Origin: Candidatus Latescibacterota bacterium
GTDB lineage: Bacteria; Latescibacterota; UBA2968; UBA8231
Assembly: GCA_965204725.1 (NCBI GenBank)
Contig: OZ242005.1
Location: forward strand, 3,296,001-3,360,000
Length of the DNA stretch: 64,000 bases
Direction of reading: 5' to 3'
The translations under genes and the position numbers were made by a program. The notes below the pieces were generated by a model, which ran no database searches, had not been told where the DNA came from, and saw only the letters and a program-made list of their open reading frames with translations. Of this stretch, positions 45,662 through 54,572 are shown in pieces. Each line of letters begins with the position of its first letter. Positions within the stretch are counted from its first letter, which is position 1.

Positions 45662-47335
45662 CTATGGGCTCCTATTCTCTCCGAAAGCGGCGTTGAGGTT
45701 ATCCTCCCGAATAACCACTTTCGCTGCGTATTTATTGCGCACTTCTTCGGTAAACTGATTAAAGGCCTTTCTGTTTTTTTCTCTTTTAAGTTGGGACCGG
45801 ACTCTCCACTCGGCCTCCGCAAAAGTCTCTCGCTTGCGTTCCCTAGAAAGCACCTTAAATATAGAATAACCTTCATTGACCTTGGCCGGACCAGTGAGCA
45901 CTCCGATCTCGGCTTTTTCGGCGAGTTCTACAAAACCGCCGAAAAAGTTCTTTTCAAAAAGGTGGAAGTGGAATCGGCCTTCTTCATCCCGATCCTCTAG
46001 CGACCGGATAGAATACTTCTTGGCCAAGTCGCCTAATGGGGCTCCCTTTTGTATCTGCTCCATCAACCTCAGGGCCTCGGCCTCCGTCTGTACTAGAATC
46101 TCCTGTACTTCGATTTGCTCGGGTTGCAGATACCTTTCCGCATGGGCCTCATAAAACTGGCGCAACTCGTTTTCAGCGATGGTCACTTTAGCTCTTAGGA
46201 CTCGCGCCCTGAGGGCTCGTAGCAAAAATTGCTTTGCCTGATCTTCCAACCACTCGATCGTCTCTGCTTCCTCGTCTATGCCAGCACGCAGGGCCGCTTC
46301 CACGAGCATCGCATTGGGCACGACATGGCGCTCGGCAAAAGCGATCACTTGGCTGGAGTCGCTGAGTTGGGCTAGGGCATTGCCTTTCAGGGCGTGGCCA
46401 GCTTCTGCCAAGTCTTGAGCGGTTATTTCGCCGCCGTCGTACCGATAGAGAACTATATTGCGTTCAGTCTCCAGGGCAAAAGATGTACCGCCACGCACTT
46501 TTTCGACAATGAGCGCGAGACCTTCCCGATCCAATTCGAGGTGGTATTTTTCCTTGAGTTCAGCGACTAAAATCGATTGAGCCCGCTGCTTTTCCTCCTT
46601 TTTCAGTCCCATTTCGATCGCCAGTCTCCTCTGGGGACTGAGTTCGATGGTAGAATCGGCGATGACCGTGAAAATCGAATAGTGCCCGCCGATTTTTATG
46701 GGTTCGGAGATTTCGCCTAAGGCGAGGGAAAACAGTTTGTCCTGAAGGGGGGTGACCATGTTTTCTCGGGTGGTATAACGGCCTAAGTCCCCACCTTGGG
46801 CCGAGGTTTCTTTGTTTATGGACCATTTCTTGGCGACTTGCCCAAAAGGCACCCCATTTTTGAGTTCTCGGAGGACGACCAAGGCATTTTCTCGGCTGGG
46901 GACCATTATATCGGCCAATCTGATCGCTCTAGTAAGCCCCATCTGTTCAGCGTATTTCCGCACCTTGCTCTCCTCCACTTCCTCTTCTACCTCCAGTGCT
47001 CTATCTTGGAAAATGCTGACCAATTTTTTCCGCCGGACCCCTTCCAGTCGGGCGCGAAATTCAGGGCTTTCGTCGAGATCAGTCGTCTTCGCCTCCATGG
47101 TCAGCAGTTCGATATTGATCATGGTGTTCAAATGATTCTTCGCTTCTTCTACCCTAGTGGACTCCGCCTTGGCATATTCGGGGAGGTCATCTATAAATTT
47201 CCGCAACTGGTCAACCGTTATCTCCGCATCACCTATCTGAGCAACGACTCGTTCTCCTATTTCCACTGTGCAACCCATGAGCGCGGCAAAAAGTACGAGT
47301 GGTAAAAGACAAAATACAGTCATTTCTCTTGACAT
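45662..47335 (-). CDS. Lipoprotein peptidyl-prolyl cis-trans isomerase with two parvulin (PpiC) domains (PrsA/SurA-like)
   Basis: Lipobox LMGC; VAQIGDAEIT; FGQVAKKWS..GGDLG..GEISEPI; second domain EILV..LAKKYS..G.LTGP..GYSIFKV. Confidence 0.9.
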   Translation of the reverse strand: MSREMTVFCLLPLVLFAALMGCTVEIGERVVAQIGDAEITVDQLRKFIDDLPEYAKAESTRVEEAKNHLNTMINIELLTMEAKTTDLDESPEFRARLEGVRRKKLVSIFQDRALEVEEEVEESKVRKYAEQMGLTRAIRLADIMVPSRENALVVLRELKNGVPFGQVAKKWSINKETSAQGGDLGRYTTRENMVTPLQDKLFSLALGEISEPIKIGGHYSIFTVIADSTIELSPQRRLAIEMGLKKEEKQRAQSILVAELKEKYHLELDREGLALIVEKVRGGTSFALETERNIVLYRYDGGEITAQDLAEAGHALKGNALAQLSDSSQVIAFAERHVVPNAMLVEAALRAGIDEEAETIEWLEDQAKQFLLRALRARVLRAKVTIAENELRQFYEAHAERYLQPEQIEVQEILVQTEAEALRLMEQIQKGAPLGDLAKKYSIRSLEDRDEEGRFHFHLFEKNFFGGFVELAEKAEIGVLTGPAKVNEGYSIFKVLSRERKRETFAEAEWRVRSQLKREKNRKAFNQFTEEVRNKYAAKVVIREDNLNAAFGENRSP

Positions 47336-47374
47336 TTAGCTCAGATCTCCTCTGCATTCCTGCACACGGGTAGA

Positions 47375-50086
47375 TTAGTCCAAACCGGCAAATACCGTGG
47401 CAAAAGCCATTCTGCCTGTTTCGGTTTCGTTGTCGCTGGCTCTTCTGGTCAACCTGAGTCCCATCAGGGTCGTCAGACTATAGCCCAAGTAATTTGAATT
47501 ATTGGAGAACTGGGCCGCGCCGACAATTTCACTGAAGTCGTCCAGCAGTCCTTCCTTGACCGCTGTATCCGAATCCCTGAGTTGCTGGAAAACGGTATAT
47601 TCCACGCCTGCCTGCATAGTGGAGTTATTAAACAATGGCCACCGGGCCAGTAAGGAAAAAATCAGGGTGTCTTCCCTGCGTTTGGGATCTGATTTAAGTG
47701 CTGGCGACTCTATCCTCAGTTCATTTTTGATTTTGGGCTGGATATCGAGATTAACGAATTTGAGAGTATAGTCCACCTTATTTATCAGGCCGACAAAAAC
47801 GAAGTCCCGTTGCAAATCGGGCTGTCTTTCCCTTTGATGCCAGTGGTCGTATTTCAGCTTGTTGACGAGATTTAGATTCTTCAGCTTGGTATAGCTGAAG
47901 CTTATATAGGACGAGTTTATCCACGTATTCCGGGCCGCCAGAGGATCAATGGTAGGGACGTTGCGCCTCTCGAATTCGTCCCACTGGCGAAGGTCATTCT
48001 CTATATTGTCCTTAGCCAGCCTAAAATTCTCAAAAATCCTCACCCTTCCTAGGCCGGGGTAGTCCTTTTCTAGGGTGAAAAGCAAATAATGGGTGGTATT
48101 TTCTCCATCACCGGCAATGAGACTCTCGTCAGTGCGGCCGATAGTCAACCTCATCTCTGGAGTAATGTTGACGCCCGCATAAAAATTGTACCCGCTTAAA
48201 TCCCGACCATAGGGAAAGTCTGCTTCATCATCGTTTTCAAACCGGTCTATCCATATATTGTTGTTCATATCTATGCCGAACAGATACTCGGGGCGGTCCG
48301 TGGAATAGCGCAGAAAGGGCTCGTCGTAGTCAGGCACTAAGTTGGGCAGATCTTCACTGTCGTTTTGATTGAAATCGGAGATAAAATCGACGTTTTCATC
48401 CAAGCCGGGAAATACATTCAAGTCGATGCTTTCGTTTATCCTCTGCCAATCGGGGTACCGATCTTGATCATCGTTGTCGTCGACGAGTTCGTAGTAGAAT
48501 CTCGTCCGGTCCTCGTAATCTATGTTGATCTCGCCTCGGGCCAAGATGGCACTTGTATTGTAATTGTGGTCCATACTGTAAGCCTCGCCGAAAAAGAACC
48601 ACGGCTGAACGGTTCTCGACAGATTCAACATCCAGCCATCGCCTTGGTCAAAAGCCGACAGGTGTTTTGTATGCTGCCTGTTGGGGTATTTTCTATAACT
48701 CCTACTGCGGTCGAATTCGCCGTAGAAATCAAGTCCCCCAATGTTGTTCGCCTCCAGAGTGAAACCGAAAATTTCGGTGGCGGTCGGCAAACCGTACGGG
48801 ATTTTGAGGACTCTGAGATTAGAGCCATCTTTGACGTTTTCTTGGGCTCTGGCTGCCAGCAGAAACACGTTGCTGTTTTGACGGTTAGTCTGGCGGTTTG
48901 AAGACACCTCGATTCTGTAGTCGTTGGCAACCACCAGTTCAAAAGTCACTCTTCTTATCTCCGAAGGGTCGGGGCCGGTGTAGGTTCCCTCGGAAAAGTC
49001 GTATACTAGTTCGATCTGTTCAGAGCCGCTGGCTTCCCAGAAACCCAAGCGCTGAAAGCCGCCTTGAGGCGAGGGCTTGAGACCGGCCTCGCTGGCTCGG
49101 ACAACCTCTCGCCTAAACACCCGTTCCCCCTCTTCATCAATGCTTTCGACTTCGGCTTCTATGATCATATCCCAAGCGAAGAGGGTAGCGCCGCCTTCGT
49201 TATCTTCGGGCGAATCGTCGGTCAGACGGACGAAAAGCTGGGTGATATTTTCAGCGTTTTGACTAGAAGTGATCGAACCACTCCTAGGGGTTCCTTCAAA
49301 AGCGTCCAAGAGTTGGAAGGAGTTGTGGGCACTTACATAGTTGGCACCGATGCTGATGAAATCACCCACTTGGGCAACGGCCCGCCCGCCCATCAGCGTT
49401 GTCAAGCTGGTCGTTTGGTTGACTGCCGGATTGCGAGGACCGGCTCCGCCGGGAGAAGAGATCCGAGAGAGGATCGTCGTGATCTGGTATTTGTCGGCTT
49501 GGTAGTCCACTTGGATTCCGTCCAAGGCCGGCTTTGAGAAGGTCATTGGGGTAAGGGTCGAGCGGATCTCGTTGCCTATGGTGATGGCTAAGTTATGTTG
49601 CCCCTTCTGATCAGAGGCAATGACCAAATTGCTGAAAAAGTTTTGGAATCTCTCGGTTTTGAATAAGTTGCTGCCCCCTTGCTGGGGCTGCGTTTGGGAC
49701 CAGTCGTAGACCAACCATCCCCTAGTGATATAGGAACCGTAAATATCGTAAAAATAATCCCCGGCTAAATTGATATCCACATAGCGATTGTAGTGATCCC
49801 TGGCGTAGTTGGTGTATTCCCACTGTTTCCAGCGGTATTCTAGGAAAAGTTCTTGCGGTACGTACCACTTTTTGACCGCCGGGTCCAAGGCACCGAACAG
49901 CACACCGGACCCGGTTGGTTCAAAGGTGAGTTCGGCTCCTCGGCGCATACCTTTTATACGCATTGGATCGACATCTTGGGCTTGTGCGTCGGTGTCGAAA
50001 GCTAACATGAAAGAGAGAAGGGAACAAACTATGGTCGCTAGACTAATACCGCGCATTAAAGTGCTGCAAGTATGGTAGGTCAGCAT
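47375..50086 (-). CDS. Large secreted hypothetical protein (903 aa), putative outer-membrane beta-barrel with Asp-rich inserts
   Basis: Signal peptide (..AQA/Q); alternating aromatic strands; DDNDDQD, DENVDFISD, DMNNN..D motifs; terminal strand MAFATVFAGL. CDS is clear; function inferred. Confidence 0.8.
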   Translation of the reverse strand: MLTYHTCSTLMRGISLATIVCSLLSFMLAFDTDAQAQDVDPMRIKGMRRGAELTFEPTGSGVLFGALDPAVKKWYVPQELFLEYRWKQWEYTNYARDHYNRYVDINLAGDYFYDIYGSYITRGWLVYDWSQTQPQQGGSNLFKTERFQNFFSNLVIASDQKGQHNLAITIGNEIRSTLTPMTFSKPALDGIQVDYQADKYQITTILSRISSPGGAGPRNPAVNQTTSLTTLMGGRAVAQVGDFISIGANYVSAHNSFQLLDAFEGTPRSGSITSSQNAENITQLFVRLTDDSPEDNEGGATLFAWDMIIEAEVESIDEEGERVFRREVVRASEAGLKPSPQGGFQRLGFWEASGSEQIELVYDFSEGTYTGPDPSEIRRVTFELVVANDYRIEVSSNRQTNRQNSNVFLLAARAQENVKDGSNLRVLKIPYGLPTATEIFGFTLEANNIGGLDFYGEFDRSRSYRKYPNRQHTKHLSAFDQGDGWMLNLSRTVQPWFFFGEAYSMDHNYNTSAILARGEINIDYEDRTRFYYELVDDNDDQDRYPDWQRINESIDLNVFPGLDENVDFISDFNQNDSEDLPNLVPDYDEPFLRYSTDRPEYLFGIDMNNNIWIDRFENDDEADFPYGRDLSGYNFYAGVNITPEMRLTIGRTDESLIAGDGENTTHYLLFTLEKDYPGLGRVRIFENFRLAKDNIENDLRQWDEFERRNVPTIDPLAARNTWINSSYISFSYTKLKNLNLVNKLKYDHWHQRERQPDLQRDFVFVGLINKVDYTLKFVNLDIQPKIKNELRIESPALKSDPKRREDTLIFSLLARWPLFNNSTMQAGVEYTVFQQLRDSDTAVKEGLLDDFSEIVGAAQFSNNSNYLGYSLTTLMGLRLTRRASDNETETGRMAFATVFAGLD

Positions 50087-50124
50087 GAGAGTTCCACCCT
50101 AGCTTTCAGGTAAAATGGGAATAA

Positions 50125-51888
50125 TCAATAGACTATAGGGACAAGTTTCGTCTTGCTCTCAGATCCTGAATCTGCATCAATTTCCACTCGCACCAAATAG
50201 ATTCCGGGCAGCACTTTGGCACCGCTCCCGTCTGTTCCATCCCAAGCCCTTTGGTATCTCTTACTGGGATCCAACCCTGAATAGATCGCCTTTATACGCC
50301 TTCCAGAAAGATCGTATATATCCACCGAAACTAAGGCACCACCTGTCAGGTTGACGATGTCGTAGGTCACCAAGACTTCATCATTTAGGCCGTCGCCGTT
50401 GGGAGTAAAAGGGACGGGAGTCACTTTCATGGAATGAATGAGGTCTTTGCCCACCGAGATCTCGACCGAAAGGTCATCCCCCTGCGCCTCAAAATCAGAG
50501 GCTGCATCGCCCTCGGTGACTACTTGGGGCAGATGGTCCGGTTTTTGGCTATCGGAGACTCTGCCGGCAAAAAAAGTGTTGTACTGCAAAGCCACGTTCT
50601 CAAAGACTACTCGCAAGGTACGGTTCCCCACAATCCGGGGGAAGCTAATTTGGCCCCCGTCTTCTGTATCCACCTTTTCCCATCCGACATCGATCCCGTC
50701 TATTTGCACAGATCTCACTACGTCTACTGGTGCCATAGTCTTTAGTTCGAGACGGTTAAATCCTCGGCTGTTGACGGTTCTCACGGCATAGGTAAAGGGA
50801 GTATTCTGCCCAATCAGAGCACTTTGGGGCCATATCTCGCCCACCAGCGAGTCGGCTAGGGAAGGAGATACCTCAAAGGCGAGGGAATCAACGGTCGCCG
50901 CTGCTAGAATATCGCTGGTCTTGAGGAGTAAACGGAACTGAAAAAAACGACGCGGGGCTGGTGATTCAATAGCCGTATGCACTCCGGCAGGATAGGGGGA
51001 GGACCAAGTGCTCCAAGACAGCGAATCGCTGGGATCCGGTGTGTTGCCGCTCCGAGTCGATAGGATAGCATCTGTTTTCGTTGGTTCGCCAATGCTACTC
51101 CTAGCCCATGTTATATCGCCAAAGATAGCGGGCTGTTCTCGATCAAATACTCTTGAGGTATACGATGCTGTAGAGGCGAAACCTGCACCAAAGACTTGAA
51201 ATTCGTCAATCTCCCATTCCCCGCGTACCAGTTGTTTCACCTCTATGAAACGAACAAACTGTAGGGGGATGTCTAGGTCAATGGTCGGCTTGAGGTTGCG
51301 TTCCTCGGTTTTAAAAACCTTGAAATCCGGCGTCCCGGCTAGGGTTTTCTGCTCCTCGCTGCCGTCGTTCAGCAGCAATTCATAGCCTTTTAGGAAAAAC
51401 TCTTCAAATCCCTTGCGCGGGAAAAACTTGATCCGATTGACCCCGAAGCGCTCACCCAAATCTATCCTGAATATAACGCCTGTAGGAGAACCGCCCTTTA
51501 CTTCAAAGGCCTTGGTCGTGTCGCCGCTGACCATGTGCGCCAATTGTTTATTCAAAAGACTCTGAGATGTTTCAAGCACTATTCTCGCGTTGGGCGATGT
51601 TACGGCCCCTCCTCTTTCAAATATTTTTAGGACGATATTGTCTTCGGGACCTGTCTGAGCCGGCTGAATTTGGCCGGGATTGGCGTCAAAGTCGATAACC
51701 GATATCTCGGAATAATGGCCACCCCATGCTAGGGTCCCTGGACCGCCTCCAATGACGACCTTCACCCCATAGCCTTGGGTCGGTACAAGTCCCTGCAATA
51801 GACAAGAGAACGCTAATAGCGCGGTCTTGACTAGTGGTGGCTTGTTAAACCTGTTCCTCTCGGATCGTATAAGATTAATAGGAGACAT
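50125..51888 (-). CDS. Secreted protein with discoidin-like region and FlgD-Ig/T9SS-like C-terminal domain (paralogue 3)
   Basis: IDLGERFGVNRIKFFPR; WSTWS..Y..SPAPRRFFQ; P.PFTPNGDGLND..YDLSGR..WDGTD..G..V.PGIY. Confidence 0.85.
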   Translation of the reverse strand: MSPINLIRSERNRFNKPPLVKTALLAFSCLLQGLVPTQGYGVKVVIGGGPGTLAWGGHYSEISVIDFDANPGQIQPAQTGPEDNIVLKIFERGGAVTSPNARIVLETSQSLLNKQLAHMVSGDTTKAFEVKGGSPTGVIFRIDLGERFGVNRIKFFPRKGFEEFFLKGYELLLNDGSEEQKTLAGTPDFKVFKTEERNLKPTIDLDIPLQFVRFIEVKQLVRGEWEIDEFQVFGAGFASTASYTSRVFDREQPAIFGDITWARSSIGEPTKTDAILSTRSGNTPDPSDSLSWSTWSSPYPAGVHTAIESPAPRRFFQFRLLLKTSDILAAATVDSLAFEVSPSLADSLVGEIWPQSALIGQNTPFTYAVRTVNSRGFNRLELKTMAPVDVVRSVQIDGIDVGWEKVDTEDGGQISFPRIVGNRTLRVVFENVALQYNTFFAGRVSDSQKPDHLPQVVTEGDAASDFEAQGDDLSVEISVGKDLIHSMKVTPVPFTPNGDGLNDEVLVTYDIVNLTGGALVSVDIYDLSGRRIKAIYSGLDPSKRYQRAWDGTDGSGAKVLPGIYLVRVEIDADSGSESKTKLVPIVY

Positions 51889-54526
51889 GTACTAAGCGGT
51901 AGTCCGAGGTATTTCTACTCGATTTTGAATCGACCTTAATGTCGATCCTCAGCACATATATGCCAGGGGCCACCAAATCCCCGAATTTATCGACTCCGGT
52001 CCAGACCACGGAATGCCGCCCCGTGGTTATGTACTCATCGCGCAGTTCGTGAACAAGACGCCCACCTAGATCGTATATTTTCACCTGTAACGGCGTTGAT
52101 GCCTTCACCCGCATGAGTGAAAAACTCACAGTCATATCATCGTTGATGCCGTCGCCGTTGGGGGTGAAGATCTTATTTTTGACTTCGATATCCCCTAGTA
52201 CCACTCCTCTTTCAAGGGCTAAGATCACGGTTTTTTCGCTGTCCGTGGTCTCGTTCGCATCGCCTGGGTCCACTCTTTGCCACGAATTGGGAATGGAAGA
52301 ATGGCCGATAGACCCATTGAAGAAGGTGGTAAAATCGAATGTGGTCGCCGCAAACTGGATTTCGATCAACGCGGCCCCGCCGGTCGTCTTTATGGGAGTG
52401 GGCAGGCGCACCCAAAGCGAATCGGAACCACCGCCTACCACCTCAAAGCCCTCGCTCTGGGCGGTATAGGTTTGAGGCGGCTGCCCTGTGAGGTCCACGT
52501 GGGCTTGCTTGAATTTCATTTTGACGCCGGAGGGAGCTTCAATGAGAATTTCGTCAAATCCCTCGTTGGCCGCCTCAAAGGTCGTGCGGATGAAATAGGA
52601 AAACGATTGCTCAGCACCAATCACCTCGAGTTGGGCGGGCAGCACCTCGCCAATAACTGTTTTGGCGATTGGCGTTACAAAATTGAGTTTCACCCAACGC
52701 AGTGTAGCCGCTACAAGAGGATTTTCCGTGATAAAGGTCGCTTGGATAGCGACGAATTTCCGCGGACTAGGCGAGGTGATTTTGTCTCCCGAGTTGAAAT
52801 AGCGTTGACTCCAACTGCTCCAATCGCTGCCCGGGTTGGTTTGGGTAACGACGGGTCCAACAGAGGCATCCCCAAAGAATTTTTTGTCCGTAGCGTACGC
52901 TTCCGCTGCTTCTTCTTCGGTGCCCGGAAACAACTCACCGTTCTTTTTATAGTAGAGCGTAGTAGTTTTGACCGTATTGCCGGTGCGGGTCTGGAGAATA
53001 ATATCCGTACCCGGCGGTATATCCGCATCCCACTCAATAGACGCCAAATTTTGGGGAGTGGCCCCCAATTCTATGAACGCCGAAGGCCCGTCAAAGACCG
53101 ATTCGATCCGAGCCTCGGGCATGTACCCCTCGCCGAAAAACTGAATCTCTGACAAGCCGTGGCGTCCGGCCCTTACATGGAGCTTATAGGTAAAAGAAAA
53201 ATGCTTGACTTTGGTGAGTGGGAACTTAAAATCGTGGTACGATTCACCAGAGTTGATATGGTCGAGCGACCCTACTGTTTTCCAGGCCAGACTCCCGCCA
53301 GCATTGGTGGAGCCATCTGAGACTTCAATGCGGTAGGCGCGGAAAGGCCCAGGGGGGTTACTACTGGCTTGGAGTACGCGGATATTGTCCAGAAAGAAGG
53401 CCCCTCCCAGATCTGCCACTAACGCACGCTCGACATCGGGCGGCTGCGAAGGCAGCAGCCTATCGGGATTGTACCCCCCTTGAGCGGGCCAGTACAACGC
53501 CTTTTCTACACTATATATTACCCCGTCTACCACCACCCCTTCAGCCCCGTTGTTTTCCCAACTCGTCACTTTGCCACCCCGCTCCAGTACGCCAATGCCG
53601 ATATTGTCGCCGATCGACCAGACTTCCACTTCCGCCAATCGAGGCAACTCGCGGCGATAGTAAACGACAGGACCTTGACTGGCCGTGCCAGCCAAGGTCT
53701 CCCAATCTTCGCGTCCTTCCAGCAATCGCGTCCTTCCCGAGGCTTCCCGACGAAAGTATTCTATATCGCCCTGTTGCTCGGGATCAAGGGCCTCATAATT
53801 GGACTGGGAAACTTGTCTTGCCTTGCCAAAATCGCTGTCTGTGACGCCGACAGAGACGAATCTGATCACATCGCCGGTAAAATCTCCGCGCACCTGGGTC
53901 CATTTGGTGGGCAACTGGTTGGTCAAATCGACTTCAAAGACCCGTTCATTCTTGATGGGCTTGTTCGTTGAGAAGCGTTTCCTGTACACCAGCGGTCCGA
54001 TGATCGTCTCCCCTTGAGAGGTGAGGACCTTGAATTGGAGAAAGGGGTCTCCCAAATCCTCCCCGACAAACTTGAGAACGATTTTATTGGCCGATACGGC
54101 TCGCCCTAAATCGATTTGTACCCACCAATCCCTAAGAGGGACGGAAGTGTCCGGCTCCCAGTAGGTGTCCATCCTGCCGTCCATGAGGTTTGCTGCGCTC
54201 AAGCGATTGGAGCCGGCGTCCCATATCCCACCGCCGAACTCGGAGGCATTCAAAACCGCGTTAATGCCGGGGACTATCTTTTCGGCACCATCTATTTCGA
54301 GCCTAGTGTTCTTGCGTATAAAGGCCGGTTTCACACCATCCTCGGTGATCTGGATGGTCTTTGCCACCGCCTGCCAACGAGCCCAGTGATCCTTGGACTC
54401 AATGACAGCCACGCCGTCTTGGATAGAAAAACCCTCTTGCCCCCAAGCGACTTCACCTAAGATCATTCTACCCAAGATACAGGCCAAGCTAGTGCTCACC
54501 AGCTTGAATGTTCTCTGCCATGCCAT
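51875..54526 (-). CDS. Secreted protein with two discoidin-like regions and FlgD-Ig/T9SS-like C-terminal domain (paralogue 2)
   Basis: NLMDG..TYW..WVQIDLG; DLGGAFFLDNI; WSSWS..Y..SPSPRKF; FTPNGDGIND..YDLGGR..W.G.D..G..VAPGIY. Confidence 0.85.
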   Translation of the reverse strand: MAWQRTFKLVSTSLACILGRMILGEVAWGQEGFSIQDGVAVIESKDHWARWQAVAKTIQITEDGVKPAFIRKNTRLEIDGAEKIVPGINAVLNASEFGGGIWDAGSNRLSAANLMDGRMDTYWEPDTSVPLRDWWVQIDLGRAVSANKIVLKFVGEDLGDPFLQFKVLTSQGETIIGPLVYRKRFSTNKPIKNERVFEVDLTNQLPTKWTQVRGDFTGDVIRFVSVGVTDSDFGKARQVSQSNYEALDPEQQGDIEYFRREASGRTRLLEGREDWETLAGTASQGPVVYYRRELPRLAEVEVWSIGDNIGIGVLERGGKVTSWENNGAEGVVVDGVIYSVEKALYWPAQGGYNPDRLLPSQPPDVERALVADLGGAFFLDNIRVLQASSNPPGPFRAYRIEVSDGSTNAGGSLAWKTVGSLDHINSGESYHDFKFPLTKVKHFSFTYKLHVRAGRHGLSEIQFFGEGYMPEARIESVFDGPSAFIELGATPQNLASIEWDADIPPGTDIILQTRTGNTVKTTTLYYKKNGELFPGTEEEAAEAYATDKKFFGDASVGPVVTQTNPGSDWSSWSQRYFNSGDKITSPSPRKFVAIQATFITENPLVAATLRWVKLNFVTPIAKTVIGEVLPAQLEVIGAEQSFSYFIRTTFEAANEGFDEILIEAPSGVKMKFKQAHVDLTGQPPQTYTAQSEGFEVVGGGSDSLWVRLPTPIKTTGGAALIEIQFAATTFDFTTFFNGSIGHSSIPNSWQRVDPGDANETTDSEKTVILALERGVVLGDIEVKNKIFTPNGDGINDDMTVSFSLMRVKASTPLQVKIYDLGGRLVHELRDEYITTGRHSVVWTGVDKFGDLVAPGIYVLRIDIKVDSKSSRNTSDYRLVHVSY

Positions 54527-54572
54527 GGCATTGGGGCTCCCACGTATTTGCTCATCTGGGGGCGATTAAAAA

